Shown here one piece after another: positions 9,754 through 19,276 of a stretch of 64,000 bases of DNA (the stretch's first letter is position 1; every line of letters begins with the position of its first letter). The stretch comes from Candidatus Micrarchaeia archaeon (lineage in GTDB: Bacteria; Chloroflexota; Dormibacteria; Aeolococcales; Bog-877). The stretch covers positions 18,420-82,419 of the forward strand of contig DATLUG010000031.1 in assembly GCA_035533215.1 (NCBI GenBank). The letters are read 5' to 3'. The notes under the pieces were generated by a model. It was not told the DNA's origin. It did not search any database and saw only the letters and a list, made by a program, of their open reading frames with translations. Made by a program: the position numbers and the translations under genes.

Positions 9754-11559
9754 GTGCGGAGCGCCTGGAACCGCCTCCAGGTGCGCACCCGCACCCCCCT
9801 GCGCCTGGCCGGCTACCTCGCCATGCTGCTGGCCCTGGGCGCGGTGGCCGGGGCGCTGACCTACGGGATCGGGTTCGGGGTCGGCACCGTGGCCGCCCGG
9901 GCCTCCACCGGCCTGCTCACCGCCGCCCTCACCGGCTATGCGGTCCTGACCCTGGTGCTGGGCCTCTCCAGCGTGATCACCGCCTTCTTCCTCGGCAGCG
10001 AGCTGACCCTCCTCACCCTGGCCCCGCTCGACATCTCGGTGATCTTCCTGGCCCGCCTGCTGGTGGCGGTCCGCACCAACGCCCTGCTGGGGCTCCTGCT
10101 CCTCGTCGGTCTGGCCGGGTTCGGCACCGCCCACCGCGCCGGGCCGATGTTCCTGCTGCTCGGGGTGGTGGTGGCGCTCTCCCTCCCGATCGCGACCACC
10201 GCGCTCCAGCTCCTGATCCTGGCGGTGGTGCTGCGCCTGGTGCCGCCCCGGATCGCCCGCGACGTCGCCAACGTGGCGGGCGCCTTCGTGACGGCGGTGC
10301 TGTACGTCGGGTGGCTGGTGCTCACCCGATCGGGCGGACACCGGCTTGCTGCCGCCATCCCCCCGCGGGCGGCGCTCAGCTCGGTGGTGGCCCTCGGTCG
10401 GCGCGGCGCCTGGCTCCCCACCGCCTGGCCGGCGCATGCGCTCGCGGACGCTGCCGCCGGCCTCTGGGGGGGGGCCACCAGCTGGCTCCTCCTCACCGTC
10501 GGTGCCACCGCCCTGGTGGTCGCCGCCGCCCACCTCGCCTACAGGCGGGCCCTGGTGTCGGGGATGGGGGCGATGGCGGAGGCCGCGCCCCGGCGCCGGA
10601 GCGCGCGCCGTGCCGCCCGCCGCCGGGCGACCGAGACCGCCGACGGGGGGCGCGAGTCGGACCGCGGCCAGGGGGACGGCGCGGCGCCGGAGGGCTGGTC
10701 GATGGCGGCCGCGCTGGAGGGTGTCGGCTTCCGCCACGCGCCCGCGGGCGCTCGCCCCGGGGCCAGGCCCCGCCCCCGGCTGACCTCGGCGATGGCGCGG
10801 AAGGACTGGCGGTCGCTGCGCCGCGACCTGCGCCGGCTGGGACGGCTGGTCCCCGCGCTGGTGGTGGCCTTCGCCTACCCCGCAGTGGCGGTCCCGTCGC
10901 TCCACCTCGGCGGCGGGGGCGGCCTCAGCTTCTGGGAGGGGGTGGCGGTGACGCCGTTCGTGCCCTTCCTCCTGTCCGAGGTGCTGGCGGTGCCCGCGGT
11001 CCCGCTGGAGGGGCGGGCGATCCAGCTCCTCCGCCAGAGCCCGATCTCGGCCGCCAGCCTGGTGCGGGCCAAGGTCGCCAGCACCGCCCTGCTGGTGGCC
11101 GGGCTCAGCCTGCCGGTCGCGCTCGCGATCGGCGTCATCCGCCGCGGCAGCCCGGCGGAGCTGGCCATCCTCGCGGTCGGCATCGTCTGGCTGGCCCTGG
11201 GGCTGGTCGCGGTCGCCGTCGGCGCCGGCGCCGCCGCCCCCAACTACGGCGCGGCCGACCCCCGCCGGGCGGTCCGGGGGGTGGGCCTCCTGGTCGCCAA
11301 CCTCGTCGGCCTCTGGTTCGTCGCCTCGTCGCTGCTGGCGGGGACCTATCTGCTCGCGATCCTGCGGGTGCCCGGCTCCCACCTTCTCCACGCGATCCTG
11401 CCCGGGGCGATGATCGCCGCGACCGGCCCCGACCCGTCGATCATCCTCATCCCCCTGCTCCTGCTCGGGTCCGGTGCGCTGGCGGTGGGGATGGTGGTGG
11501 CGGTCGGCATCCGCCGTCTGGCCCGCTGGGAGCCGTCGCTGGGGGACGGCTCGGGGTAG
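9754..11559 (+). CDS. Large polytopic membrane protein, probable permease partner of the ABC ATPase
   Basis: ORF track, 601 aa. It has many hydrophobic segments separated by an Arg-rich loop (residues ~270-345). It directly follows the ATPase on the same strand. Confidence 0.65.
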   Translation: MRSAWNRLQVRTRTPLRLAGYLAMLLALGAVAGALTYGIGFGVGTVAARASTGLLTAALTGYAVLTLVLGLSSVITAFFLGSELTLLTLAPLDISVIFLARLLVAVRTNALLGLLLLVGLAGFGTAHRAGPMFLLLGVVVALSLPIATTALQLLILAVVLRLVPPRIARDVANVAGAFVTAVLYVGWLVLTRSGGHRLAAAIPPRAALSSVVALGRRGAWLPTAWPAHALADAAAGLWGGATSWLLLTVGATALVVAAAHLAYRRALVSGMGAMAEAAPRRRSARRAARRRATETADGGRESDRGQGDGAAPEGWSMAAALEGVGFRHAPAGARPGARPRPRLTSAMARKDWRSLRRDLRRLGRLVPALVVAFAYPAVAVPSLHLGGGGGLSFWEGVAVTPFVPFLLSEVLAVPAVPLEGRAIQLLRQSPISAASLVRAKVASTALLVAGLSLPVALAIGVIRRGSPAELAILAVGIVWLALGLVAVAVGAGAAAPNYGAADPRRAVRGVGLLVANLVGLWFVASSLLAGTYLLAILRVPGSHLLHAILPGAMIAATGPDPSIILIPLLLLGSGALAVGMVVAVGIRRLARWEPSLGDGSG

Positions 11560-11590
11560 GAGGGGCGCGGACCGGGACTACGATGGCGGG

Positions 11591-12538
11591 ATGAGCCCGC
11601 GCTCCCGCGATCGGCGCCTGGCGCAGGCCGCCGGCCTGGCCGCGGCGGTGCTGGCGATCGAGCTGGTGGCCGCCCTCCTCGCCCATTCGGTCGCGCTCCT
11701 CGCCGATGCCGGCCACGTCGGCGTCGACGTGCTCGCCCTCGCCTTCGCCGCGGTGGCCGCCCACCAGGCGGCTCGCCCTCCCACCGGGCGCCAGACGTAC
11801 GGCTACCACCGGGTCGGGGTCCTCGTCGCCCTCGCCAACGCGGTCCTCCTGCTGGTGGTGGTCGGCGGCGTCGCGGTCCTGGCGGTGGCCCGGCTGGAGC
11901 ACCCGGGGCGGCCGGTCGCCGGGATCATGCTGGCGGCGGCCTGCCTCGGCATCCTGGCCAACGGCGTGAGCGCGGTCTGGCTGCGGGGCGACGGTTCCCT
12001 GAACGTGCGAGCGGCGCTCCTGCACGCCGGCGCCGACGTCGCGGCGGGCCTGGCGGTGGTGGTGGCGGCGCTGGCCATCCTCGCCACCGGCTGGCGGCAG
12101 GCCGACCCGGTCCTCTCGCTCGCGATCTCGGCCCTGATCGCGGTGATGGCGGTGCGGCTGGTCCGCGAGGTGGTCCAGGTCCTGCTGGAGTCGGTGCCGC
12201 CGGGGGTGGCCCTGCTCGACGTGGAGCGGCTGATCCTCGCCACCCCCGAGGTGGTGGCCGTCCACGACCTCCACATCTGGGCGCTCACCGCCGAGCACCG
12301 AGCCCTCTCCTGCCACCTCACCGTCGCCGATCAGAGCCTCCCCGATGCCGAGCACCTGGTGCAGGGGCTCTCGGACCGGCTCTGCGACCGCTTCCAGCTG
12401 CGCCACACCACCATCCAGGTGGAGGCGTGCCACCCCTGCCCGCCCGGCCTCTGCGCCGGCGAGGGCGTCGCCCACCACAACCACCCCCACCAGGTGGCGC
12501 AGCTGGCCGGCGCGGGCCCGCCGCGACCCCGGAGCTGA
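11591..12538 (+). CDS. czcD: Cation diffusion facilitator (Zn/Co/Cd efflux)
   Basis: ATG 11591 within ORF 11474..12538. Motifs HSVALLADAGHVGVD and DLHIWAL, with a His/Cys-rich C-terminus. Confidence 0.9.
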   Translation: MSPRSRDRRLAQAAGLAAAVLAIELVAALLAHSVALLADAGHVGVDVLALAFAAVAAHQAARPPTGRQTYGYHRVGVLVALANAVLLLVVVGGVAVLAVARLEHPGRPVAGIMLAAACLGILANGVSAVWLRGDGSLNVRAALLHAGADVAAGLAVVVAALAILATGWRQADPVLSLAISALIAVMAVRLVREVVQVLLESVPPGVALLDVERLILATPEVVAVHDLHIWALTAEHRALSCHLTVADQSLPDAEHLVQGLSDRLCDRFQLRHTTIQVEACHPCPPGLCAGEGVAHHNHPHQVAQLAGAGPPRPRS

Positions 12539-12569
12539 CGGCCCCGGGGGCCGCGGCGGCGCCCTCCGC

Positions 12570-14828
12570 TCAGGCGGAGGGGCCGTGGGTCAGGGCGGAG
12601 GTGTCGAACGGGACGGTCCGGAGCCGCACCCCGGTGGCACGGTACACCGCGTTGGCCACCGCGGCGACGCCTGGGATCGCCGGTGGCTCGCCCACCCCGC
12701 GGGCCCCCATCGGCCCATCCGGGCTCGGCACCTCGACCAGCTCGACGGCGATCGGCGGCGCCTGCTCGATCGTGGGCAGGAGATAGTCGGCGAAGCTCGC
12801 CGTCCGAAGCTGGCCGTCGCGGTCCCAGACGAGGGCCTCGCCCAGCGCCCGCCCCAGCCCCTGCAGCACCCCGCCGTGCACCTGGCCCTCGATCTCGGCG
12901 GGATGGAGCGCCCGGCCCACGTCCTGGACCGCCGCATAGCCGGTGACGGCGATCGCCCCGGTCGCGCGGTCCACCTGGGCCCGGGCGAGGTGGACCGTGA
13001 ACATCGGCGCCTGGGTCCGGATCGCCACCCGGCCCAGCGCCTCCACCGGGGGGTACCGCCCGCCGAACCGCTGGGCCAGCGCCGCCAGCTCCGCCACCGT
13101 GCGCCGCTGCGCCGGGCTGCCGCGGACCACGACCACCCCGTCCTGGAGCTCCAGGTCCTCGACCGCCGCCTCCAGCTCGCCGGCCGCGATCTCGAGCAGC
13201 TGCCGCCGCACCGCCTCGCCCGCCTGCAGCACCGCCGGGCCGACCGAGTACAGGGTCTTGCTGCCGCCGGCGACGCCCGCGTAGGGGGCGCTGCCGGTGT
13301 CGCCCAGCTCGACCCGCACCCGGTCCATCGTGAGCCCGGCGGCCTGGGCGGCCAGGCCGGCGAGGGTGGTGTGGCTGCCGGTGAGATCGGAGGCCCCCAG
13401 CTGGAGGACCAAGGTCCCGTCCCGCTCCACCCGGCAGGCGGCGGCCGCGGGCTCCAGGCCGCCGCCCCAACAGCCGACCGCGAGGCCGACGCCCTCGCCC
13501 GCCGGGACCGGTTCCCGCCAGAGGGGGTGGTCGCGCGCCCGCTCCAGGCACGCCCTGAGGCCGATCGCGGGCCAGGTGCGGCCGTCCGGTCGGACGTCGC
13601 CGGCGTCGGGGGCGTGGGCCAGCCGGAGCTCGAGCGGGTCCAGCTGGGCCTCGGCCGCCAGCTGGTCGAGCGCCGACTCCAGCGCGAAGAACGCCTGCGG
13701 CGCCGCCGGTGCGCGATAGGCGGTGGCCGGCGTCTTGTGGGTGGCGACGTCGTAGCCGAGGAGGTCGAGGTCGGGGATGCGGTAGGTGCTGGCGAGGAGG
13801 TCCAGCGCGGTGGCGGCGTGCTCCTCCGATCCCGCCCCGCAGTCGAAGACGACCCGGCCGTGGAGCGCGAGGAGGTCGCCTGCGGGTCCCGCCGCCAGGG
13901 TGAGGTCGATGGTGGCCCCGGGGCCGCCCCGGCCGAGGAGGAACTCCTCGGTCCGGGTGAGCGTCAGGCGCACCGGGCGACCGACCCGGTCGGCGAGCAG
14001 CGCCGCCAGCGGCTCCAGCAGGAGGATCTTGCCCCCGAAGCCCCCGCCCACCGGCATCGGCACCACCCGCACCCGGGATTCCGCCCACCCCAGCATCTCG
14101 CAGGTGATCCGGCGTGAGAGGAACGCCCCCTGCGTGGGCGACCAGATCGTGCAGACGCCGTCGGGCCCGACCTCGGCCGCGACGGTGTGCGGTTCCAGGA
14201 AGCCCTGGTGGGCGGCGGCCACCTCGTAGCGGCCGCGGACGACCACCGCCGCCCGGGCCAGGGCACCCTCGGGGTCACCCCGTCGAATCCTGGTGGCGGC
14301 GGCGCAGTTGGGGGGGCGCGGCTCGTCGCCGTCGGCGGTGACGGCGCCGTGGACCCCGGCCTCGGCCGCGCCGGGGCCGTCCCCGCCCAGGACCGGCGGC
14401 GCGCCGTCGGCCATCGCCGCCTCGGGGTCGACGACGAAGGGGAGCGGCTCCAGCCGCACCGCCACCAGCTGGGCGGCGTCCTCGGCGGCGGACTCGGTCT
14501 CGGCCACCACCGCCGCCACCGGCTGGCCGACATAGAAGACCTCGTCGCGGGCCAGCGGCTGGTCCGGCCCGGGCGCCGACACCGTGGGCAGGTCGGCGCC
14601 GACGACGACCGCCACCACCCCGGCGACCGATCGCGCCGGCCCGGCGTCGACCCCGACGATGCGGGCGTGGGGGAGGTCGCTCACCACCAGGCGGACATGG
14701 CAGAGGCCGTGGAGCCGGAGGTCGTCCGTGTAGCGGAGCCGGCCGGTCACCTTGCCTCGCCCCTCCAGGCGCGGGGCGCCGAGACCGGAGGCGAGGGGGC
14801 CGAGCCGGGCCGCGGCGCCGTCACTCAT
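12570..14828 (-). CDS. Molybdopterin-binding large subunit of the xanthine dehydrogenase/CoxL/aldehyde oxidoreductase family
   Basis: ORF track, 752 aa. Motifs RLEGRGKVTG, PMPVGGGFGGK and MGARGVGEPP. No Fe-S or FAD subunit genes adjacent. Confidence 0.9.
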   Translation of the reverse strand: MSDGAAARLGPLASGLGAPRLEGRGKVTGRLRYTDDLRLHGLCHVRLVVSDLPHARIVGVDAGPARSVAGVVAVVVGADLPTVSAPGPDQPLARDEVFYVGQPVAAVVAETESAAEDAAQLVAVRLEPLPFVVDPEAAMADGAPPVLGGDGPGAAEAGVHGAVTADGDEPRPPNCAAATRIRRGDPEGALARAAVVVRGRYEVAAAHQGFLEPHTVAAEVGPDGVCTIWSPTQGAFLSRRITCEMLGWAESRVRVVPMPVGGGFGGKILLLEPLAALLADRVGRPVRLTLTRTEEFLLGRGGPGATIDLTLAAGPAGDLLALHGRVVFDCGAGSEEHAATALDLLASTYRIPDLDLLGYDVATHKTPATAYRAPAAPQAFFALESALDQLAAEAQLDPLELRLAHAPDAGDVRPDGRTWPAIGLRACLERARDHPLWREPVPAGEGVGLAVGCWGGGLEPAAAACRVERDGTLVLQLGASDLTGSHTTLAGLAAQAAGLTMDRVRVELGDTGSAPYAGVAGGSKTLYSVGPAVLQAGEAVRRQLLEIAAGELEAAVEDLELQDGVVVVRGSPAQRRTVAELAALAQRFGGRYPPVEALGRVAIRTQAPMFTVHLARAQVDRATGAIAVTGYAAVQDVGRALHPAEIEGQVHGGVLQGLGRALGEALVWDRDGQLRTASFADYLLPTIEQAPPIAVELVEVPSPDGPMGARGVGEPPAIPGVAAVANAVYRATGVRLRTVPFDTSALTHGPSA

Positions 14829-17553
14829 AGCGGAGCACCTCCACCGGCCGGACCCGCACCGGCCGCCATCCCACCAGGGCCGCGGTGAGCACCGCCACCA
14901 CCACCGCCCCCAGGATGATCGCCAGCGCCAGCGGGGTGGCGATGCCGAGCGACAGCTTGAGCGCCCGGTGGGCGAGCAGCGAAACGGCGAGGGCGATCGC
15001 GATCATCCCGAAGGTCGCCCCCAGCCCGCTGACCACCCCGGTCTCCACCAGCACCTGGGCGAGCACCGTCCCGGAGCTGTGGCCGACGGCCTTCTGGATG
15101 CCCAGCTCGCGGCGGCGCTCCAGCAGCGCCAGCGCCACCGCGTTGGCGATGATCACGATCCCGGCCAGCAGCGCCAGCGAGGCCATGGCGGCGAGGAAGG
15201 CGATCGCGTTGCCGAGGAACTGGTCGACCACCTGGGCGAGGTCGGTGAGGTCGATCACGACCGCGCCGGGGGCGCTGGCACGCAGGGCACGGACGGCGCG
15301 GGCGCGCAGCGATTGGGGGAACTTGAAGGCGATGACGAGGTTCTCGGTGCTGCCGCCCACCGACGCGGCCAGCGATCGCGCCCCCAGGATCGGGGCCAGT
15401 GTGAGGGTGAGGTTGATGCCGCCCTTGTGCACCGCCAGCGGCGAGTAGAACCCCACCACCCGGAGCGCCACCGGCCTGCCGCCGCCGGGAGCGACCACCG
15501 TCAGTCGGTCGCCCAGCAGAAGTCGGGGCGCGCTCCGATTCAGCCCCGCCGGCACCAGCACGTTGCCGGTGCCGACGTCACCGGGACGGAGCTGGCGGCC
15601 GTCCGTCACCGCGATCTGGGGCAGCTGGTGCCGGCCCAGGGCGAAGCCGTCGATCCCGCCGAGCTGACCGAGCACCGCCTGCTCGGCCCCGTCGTGGATG
15701 GTGGCGAGGACCGATCGGAGCGGCTTTCCGTCCACGGTCAGCGCCTGCACCTGGACGGCGAGGGAGGTCTGCTGCGGCACCCCGGGGTAGCGGGTGGCGG
15801 CCCGGACCAGCCCGGCGCTGTCCCGCAGCGGCGCCACCGCGAAGACGTTGTCGGTGGCGTCCTTGGTGAGGAAGCCGTTGAGGTCGGAGCGGAGGTCGGT
15901 GCCGATGATGAGGATCAGCCCCACCGCGAACACCCCCACGAAGAGGGCGACCGCGGTGGTGGCGGTGCGGGCGCGCTGGCGCTCCAGGTTGCGCAGTGCC
16001 ATCCGCGCCACCACCTTGAACGGACGCGGCAGGACCACCACCACGTATCCGAGCAGGGCGATCGCGATCAGCACGGCGCCCACCGCCCGCAGCACCGGGA
16101 CCCGCGCCACCGCCACCGCCACCAGCAGCGCCACCGTCACCAGGGCCAGGTGGCGCACCGAGTACCGCTCCGGCACCGGCAGGTGTCCCACCACCCACAG
16201 CACCAGGGTGAAGATCGCGGTGAGGACGGTCAGCGCGATCCCGGTCCCCACCACCAGCCAGAAGGCGAGGGCGAGGCTGCCCAGCACCGCCGCCGCCAGC
16301 AGCCAGAAGAGGGCCGCGATCAGGACCAGGAGGAGGGCGGTGGGCGCGGCCGCGGTCAACGAGCGCGGCGCGGTCTCGTCGCGCAGGACCGCGATCGGTC
16401 GGATCCCGGAGAGGCGTGCGATCGGGAGGACCGCGAAGATGCAGGCGGTGGCGACGCCGATGCCGACCCCGGAGAGCACGATGGCGGGGGACACCGTGAA
16501 CGCGATCGGGATCCCCACCAGGGCGACCAGCAGCCGGCTGGCGCCGAAGCTGAGCCCGGTCCCGAGGAGGGCGCCGCCGATCCCGCCGGCGAGACCGAGC
16601 CACGCCGCCTCCAGTCCGAAGAGCCGGTAGAGGTCGAGCCGGCGATAGCCGGTGGTCTTCAGCATCGCGATCTCCATCCGCCGCCGCGAGAGGCTCACCT
16701 GCATGGTGTTGACGATCCCGATGCCGCCGATCAGGAGGGCGAGGAGCCCGGCGATGCTGAGGAAGGTGTTGAGACCGCTGTCGGCGCTCTGGTCCTGGTG
16801 GAGGGCCTGGTGCACCGTCTCGACGGTGGTGAGCGGCAGCAGCGCGTGGATCCGGCGGGCCACCCGGGCCGCCCCCGCGGCGCTCTGGGTGTCGGCGTAG
16901 ACGGCGCCATAGACGGAAGGCCGGTTCCCGAGCAGGCGCCGGAGCGTCGTCCGGCCCACGAAGAGCACGCCGGTGCCGCCGAAGGAGGCCGGGGCGACCC
17001 CGCTGATCACCCCGCCCACCCGCCACTGCGCCGTCCGGAGCGCGCCCAGCGCGCTGACCGCGAGGCGATCGCCGGCGGCGGCATGGAGCTGGCTCGCGGA
17101 CGAGCTGTCGATGACGACCGTCCCCGCCCGCGCCACCAGCTGGCGGAAGCTGCCGCGGGCGCCCGCGGCCAGCCCGATCGGCCCGGTCAGCGGGAAGGCG
17201 GCGGGGTCGACGGCGTCCACCACGGTGGGAGCGCTGTGGCCGCCGGCCGCGGTGACGGTGGCCTCGGCCTCCGCGACCGCGGTCCACCGCGTGATCAGCC
17301 CGCTGGCCTGCAGCCGGCGGAAGACCTGGAGCTGACCCGCCTGCAGCGGCACCGCGATCGACACCACCGAGACGTCGCCGCCATTCGCCTGCCGCACGGT
17401 GGAGGTCACCGATCCGCTCACCATCGCCGCCGCCAGCTGCAGGGAGACGATCGCCATCACCCCCACCCCGATGCAGAAGACGGCCAGCGCGGTGCGCTCC
17501 CCGCCCCGCCGCAGGGAGCGGATCGTGTAGCGGAGGGTGAGGGCGAGCCTCAC
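14821..17553 (-). CDS. ABC transporter permease, FtsX/MacB-type (duplicated, ~10 TM)
   Basis: ORF track, 910 aa. N-terminus MRLALTLRYTIRSLRRGGERTALAV, with two FtsX-like TM bundles. There is an 8-nt overlap with the downstream XDH-family gene and a GTGA overlap with the upstream ATPase. Confidence 0.85.
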   Translation of the reverse strand: MRLALTLRYTIRSLRRGGERTALAVFCIGVGVMAIVSLQLAAAMVSGSVTSTVRQANGGDVSVVSIAVPLQAGQLQVFRRLQASGLITRWTAVAEAEATVTAAGGHSAPTVVDAVDPAAFPLTGPIGLAAGARGSFRQLVARAGTVVIDSSSASQLHAAAGDRLAVSALGALRTAQWRVGGVISGVAPASFGGTGVLFVGRTTLRRLLGNRPSVYGAVYADTQSAAGAARVARRIHALLPLTTVETVHQALHQDQSADSGLNTFLSIAGLLALLIGGIGIVNTMQVSLSRRRMEIAMLKTTGYRRLDLYRLFGLEAAWLGLAGGIGGALLGTGLSFGASRLLVALVGIPIAFTVSPAIVLSGVGIGVATACIFAVLPIARLSGIRPIAVLRDETAPRSLTAAAPTALLLVLIAALFWLLAAAVLGSLALAFWLVVGTGIALTVLTAIFTLVLWVVGHLPVPERYSVRHLALVTVALLVAVAVARVPVLRAVGAVLIAIALLGYVVVVLPRPFKVVARMALRNLERQRARTATTAVALFVGVFAVGLILIIGTDLRSDLNGFLTKDATDNVFAVAPLRDSAGLVRAATRYPGVPQQTSLAVQVQALTVDGKPLRSVLATIHDGAEQAVLGQLGGIDGFALGRHQLPQIAVTDGRQLRPGDVGTGNVLVPAGLNRSAPRLLLGDRLTVVAPGGGRPVALRVVGFYSPLAVHKGGINLTLTLAPILGARSLAASVGGSTENLVIAFKFPQSLRARAVRALRASAPGAVVIDLTDLAQVVDQFLGNAIAFLAAMASLALLAGIVIIANAVALALLERRRELGIQKAVGHSSGTVLAQVLVETGVVSGLGATFGMIAIALAVSLLAHRALKLSLGIATPLALAIILGAVVVAVLTAALVGWRPVRVRPVEVLRYE

Positions 17554-18383
17554 CTCTCGGGGTGTCCCTCGGTCGTCCCGGCCGGCTCGGTCGCGCCGCC
17601 CCCTCCGGTCACGCCGTCCGCGCCCCGGGCGGCGAGTGGCCCCGCTCGGTGGCCGTTCGCGCCAGCCGGGGCGAGCTCGTCGCCCACCAGCTGGCCGTCG
17701 GCGATGCGCAGCACCCGGGTCGCCCGGCGCGCCACCGAGTCGTCGTGGGTGGCGACGATGAAGGTGGTGCCGGTCCGTTGGCGCAGGTCGGCGAGGAGGT
17801 CGAGGAGGGCCGTGCCCGACTGGGCGTCGAGGTTGCCCGTGGGCTCGTCGGCGATCACCATCGGCGGCGCCGTCGCCAGGGCCCGGGCGATCGCGACCCG
17901 CTGCTGCTCACCGCCGGAGAGCTGGTTGGGCCGGTGACCGAGGCGGTGGTCGAGCCCGACCAGCCCGAGGAGCTCTCTGGCGCGGGCCGACGGCGAGCCG
18001 GGGTGGTTGCCGACGTAGAGGGGGATCTCGACGTTCTCCTGGGCGGTGAGGCTGGGGATCAGGTTGTAGGCCTGGAACACCATCCCCACGGTGCGGTTGC
18101 GGATCGCCGCCAGCTGCGACTCGCGCATGTGGGTGATGTCGATCCCGTCCAGCAGGACCTGGCCCCGGCTGGGCAGGTCCAACCCGCTGATGCAGCCGAG
18201 CAGGGTGCTCTTGCCGCTGCCGGAGGGGCCCATGATGGCCACGAACTCGCCCCGCTCGACCCGGAAGGTGATCCCCCGGAGGATGTCCAGGATCCCGGTG
18301 GCGAAGGGCAGCGAGCGCCAGAGCTCGCGCACCTCCAGGGCCGCCCGGCCAGCGTCAGGCGCAGGTTCTCCCACCTCGCGCAT
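17550..18383 (-). CDS. ABC transporter ATP-binding protein (MacB/LolD-like)
   Basis: ATG 18383 within ORF 17550..18536. Motifs GPSGSGKST, LSGGEQQRVAIARAL and VIADEPTGNLD. Confidence 0.9.
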   Translation of the reverse strand: MREVGEPAPDAGRAALEVRELWRSLPFATGILDILRGITFRVERGEFVAIMGPSGSGKSTLLGCISGLDLPSRGQVLLDGIDITHMRESQLAAIRNRTVGMVFQAYNLIPSLTAQENVEIPLYVGNHPGSPSARARELLGLVGLDHRLGHRPNQLSGGEQQRVAIARALATAPPMVIADEPTGNLDAQSGTALLDLLADLRQRTGTTFIVATHDDSVARRATRVLRIADGQLVGDELAPAGANGHRAGPLAARGADGVTGGGGATEPAGTTEGHPER

Positions 18384-18410
18384 GGTACAGACACGTAGGA
18401 TGCGGCGCAG

Positions 18411-19265
18411 ATGCCAGCCACCGCCGACTGCTCGGTCGAGCTCTCGCTGCCGCTCCGTCCCGACCTCGGCCGGGTCCTGCGAGCGCTGGACGACCTCGCG
18501 CCCGCGATCCCTGTGGTCGGGCTCACCGACAACCATGCCGGCCGCGCCCGGCTCTCCCCGCTGGCGGCGATCCCCACCTGCCTACGGCGCGGGGTCCGCC
18601 CGGTGGTCCACCTGAACTGCCGCGACCGCAATCGCCTGGGCCTGCGCCAGCAGGCGGTGGGCGCGGCGGCGATGGGGGCGAGCGGGATCCTGGTGGTTCG
18701 CGGCGACCCGCTCCCGGACCAGCCCGGCATCGGCGTGAGCGTGCTGGAGGTGCTGCAGCGGCTGCCCGCCTGGACGGCGCCCGACCCGCTGCCGCGCGGC
18801 GCCGTCGTGAACCCCTTCGCCCCGGTCCGCCGCGAGATGGCGCTGTTGGAGCGAAAGGCAGCCGCGGGGGTGGAGTTCCTGCAGACCCAGATGGTCTTCG
18901 ACCTGGACGCGCTCGACCGCTTCCTCCTCCGGGTGGACCAGGTGGTGCCGACCGCGGTCCCCATCTTCGCCAGCGTGGGCGTCCTCCGATCCGAGCGGAT
19001 GCTGACCTTCGTGCGGGAGCGCCTGCGCGACTGCCCGATCCCGGAGCCGGCCGCCCGCCGGATCCGCGCCGGGGAGGGGGTGGAGCTGGCGACCGAGCTG
19101 GCGGCGGCCATCGGGGCGCGCCCGCGGCTTCGCCTCCACGTCATCCCCCTCGGAGCCGAGACCGCGGTCCGCCGGATCGCCCGCGCGTACCGGAGCCAGC
19201 GCTCCGCCGCGGAGGCCGCCCTGCCGCCGGTTGCCGGCGGCCTTCGGCGCGGGAACGGACCCTGA
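18411..19265 (+). CDS. Methylenetetrahydrofolate reductase-like protein
   Basis: ORF track, 284 aa. MetF/MTHFR-like strings HLNCRDRNR, ILVVRGDP and FLQTQMVFD. Confidence 0.7.
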   Translation: MPATADCSVELSLPLRPDLGRVLRALDDLAPAIPVVGLTDNHAGRARLSPLAAIPTCLRRGVRPVVHLNCRDRNRLGLRQQAVGAAAMGASGILVVRGDPLPDQPGIGVSVLEVLQRLPAWTAPDPLPRGAVVNPFAPVRREMALLERKAAAGVEFLQTQMVFDLDALDRFLLRVDQVVPTAVPIFASVGVLRSERMLTFVRERLRDCPIPEPAARRIRAGEGVELATELAAAIGARPRLRLHVIPLGAETAVRRIARAYRSQRSAAEAALPPVAGGLRRGNGP

Positions 19266-19276
19266 CGCCCGAGGCG

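Noticed and set aside
14752-17937. 1061-aa plus-strand ORF
   Set aside because: It is antisense to the well-supported FtsX/MacB permease. Its translation is Arg/Gly/Pro/Asp/His-rich low-complexity sequence, typical of off-strand reading in high-GC DNA. No motif was recognised.
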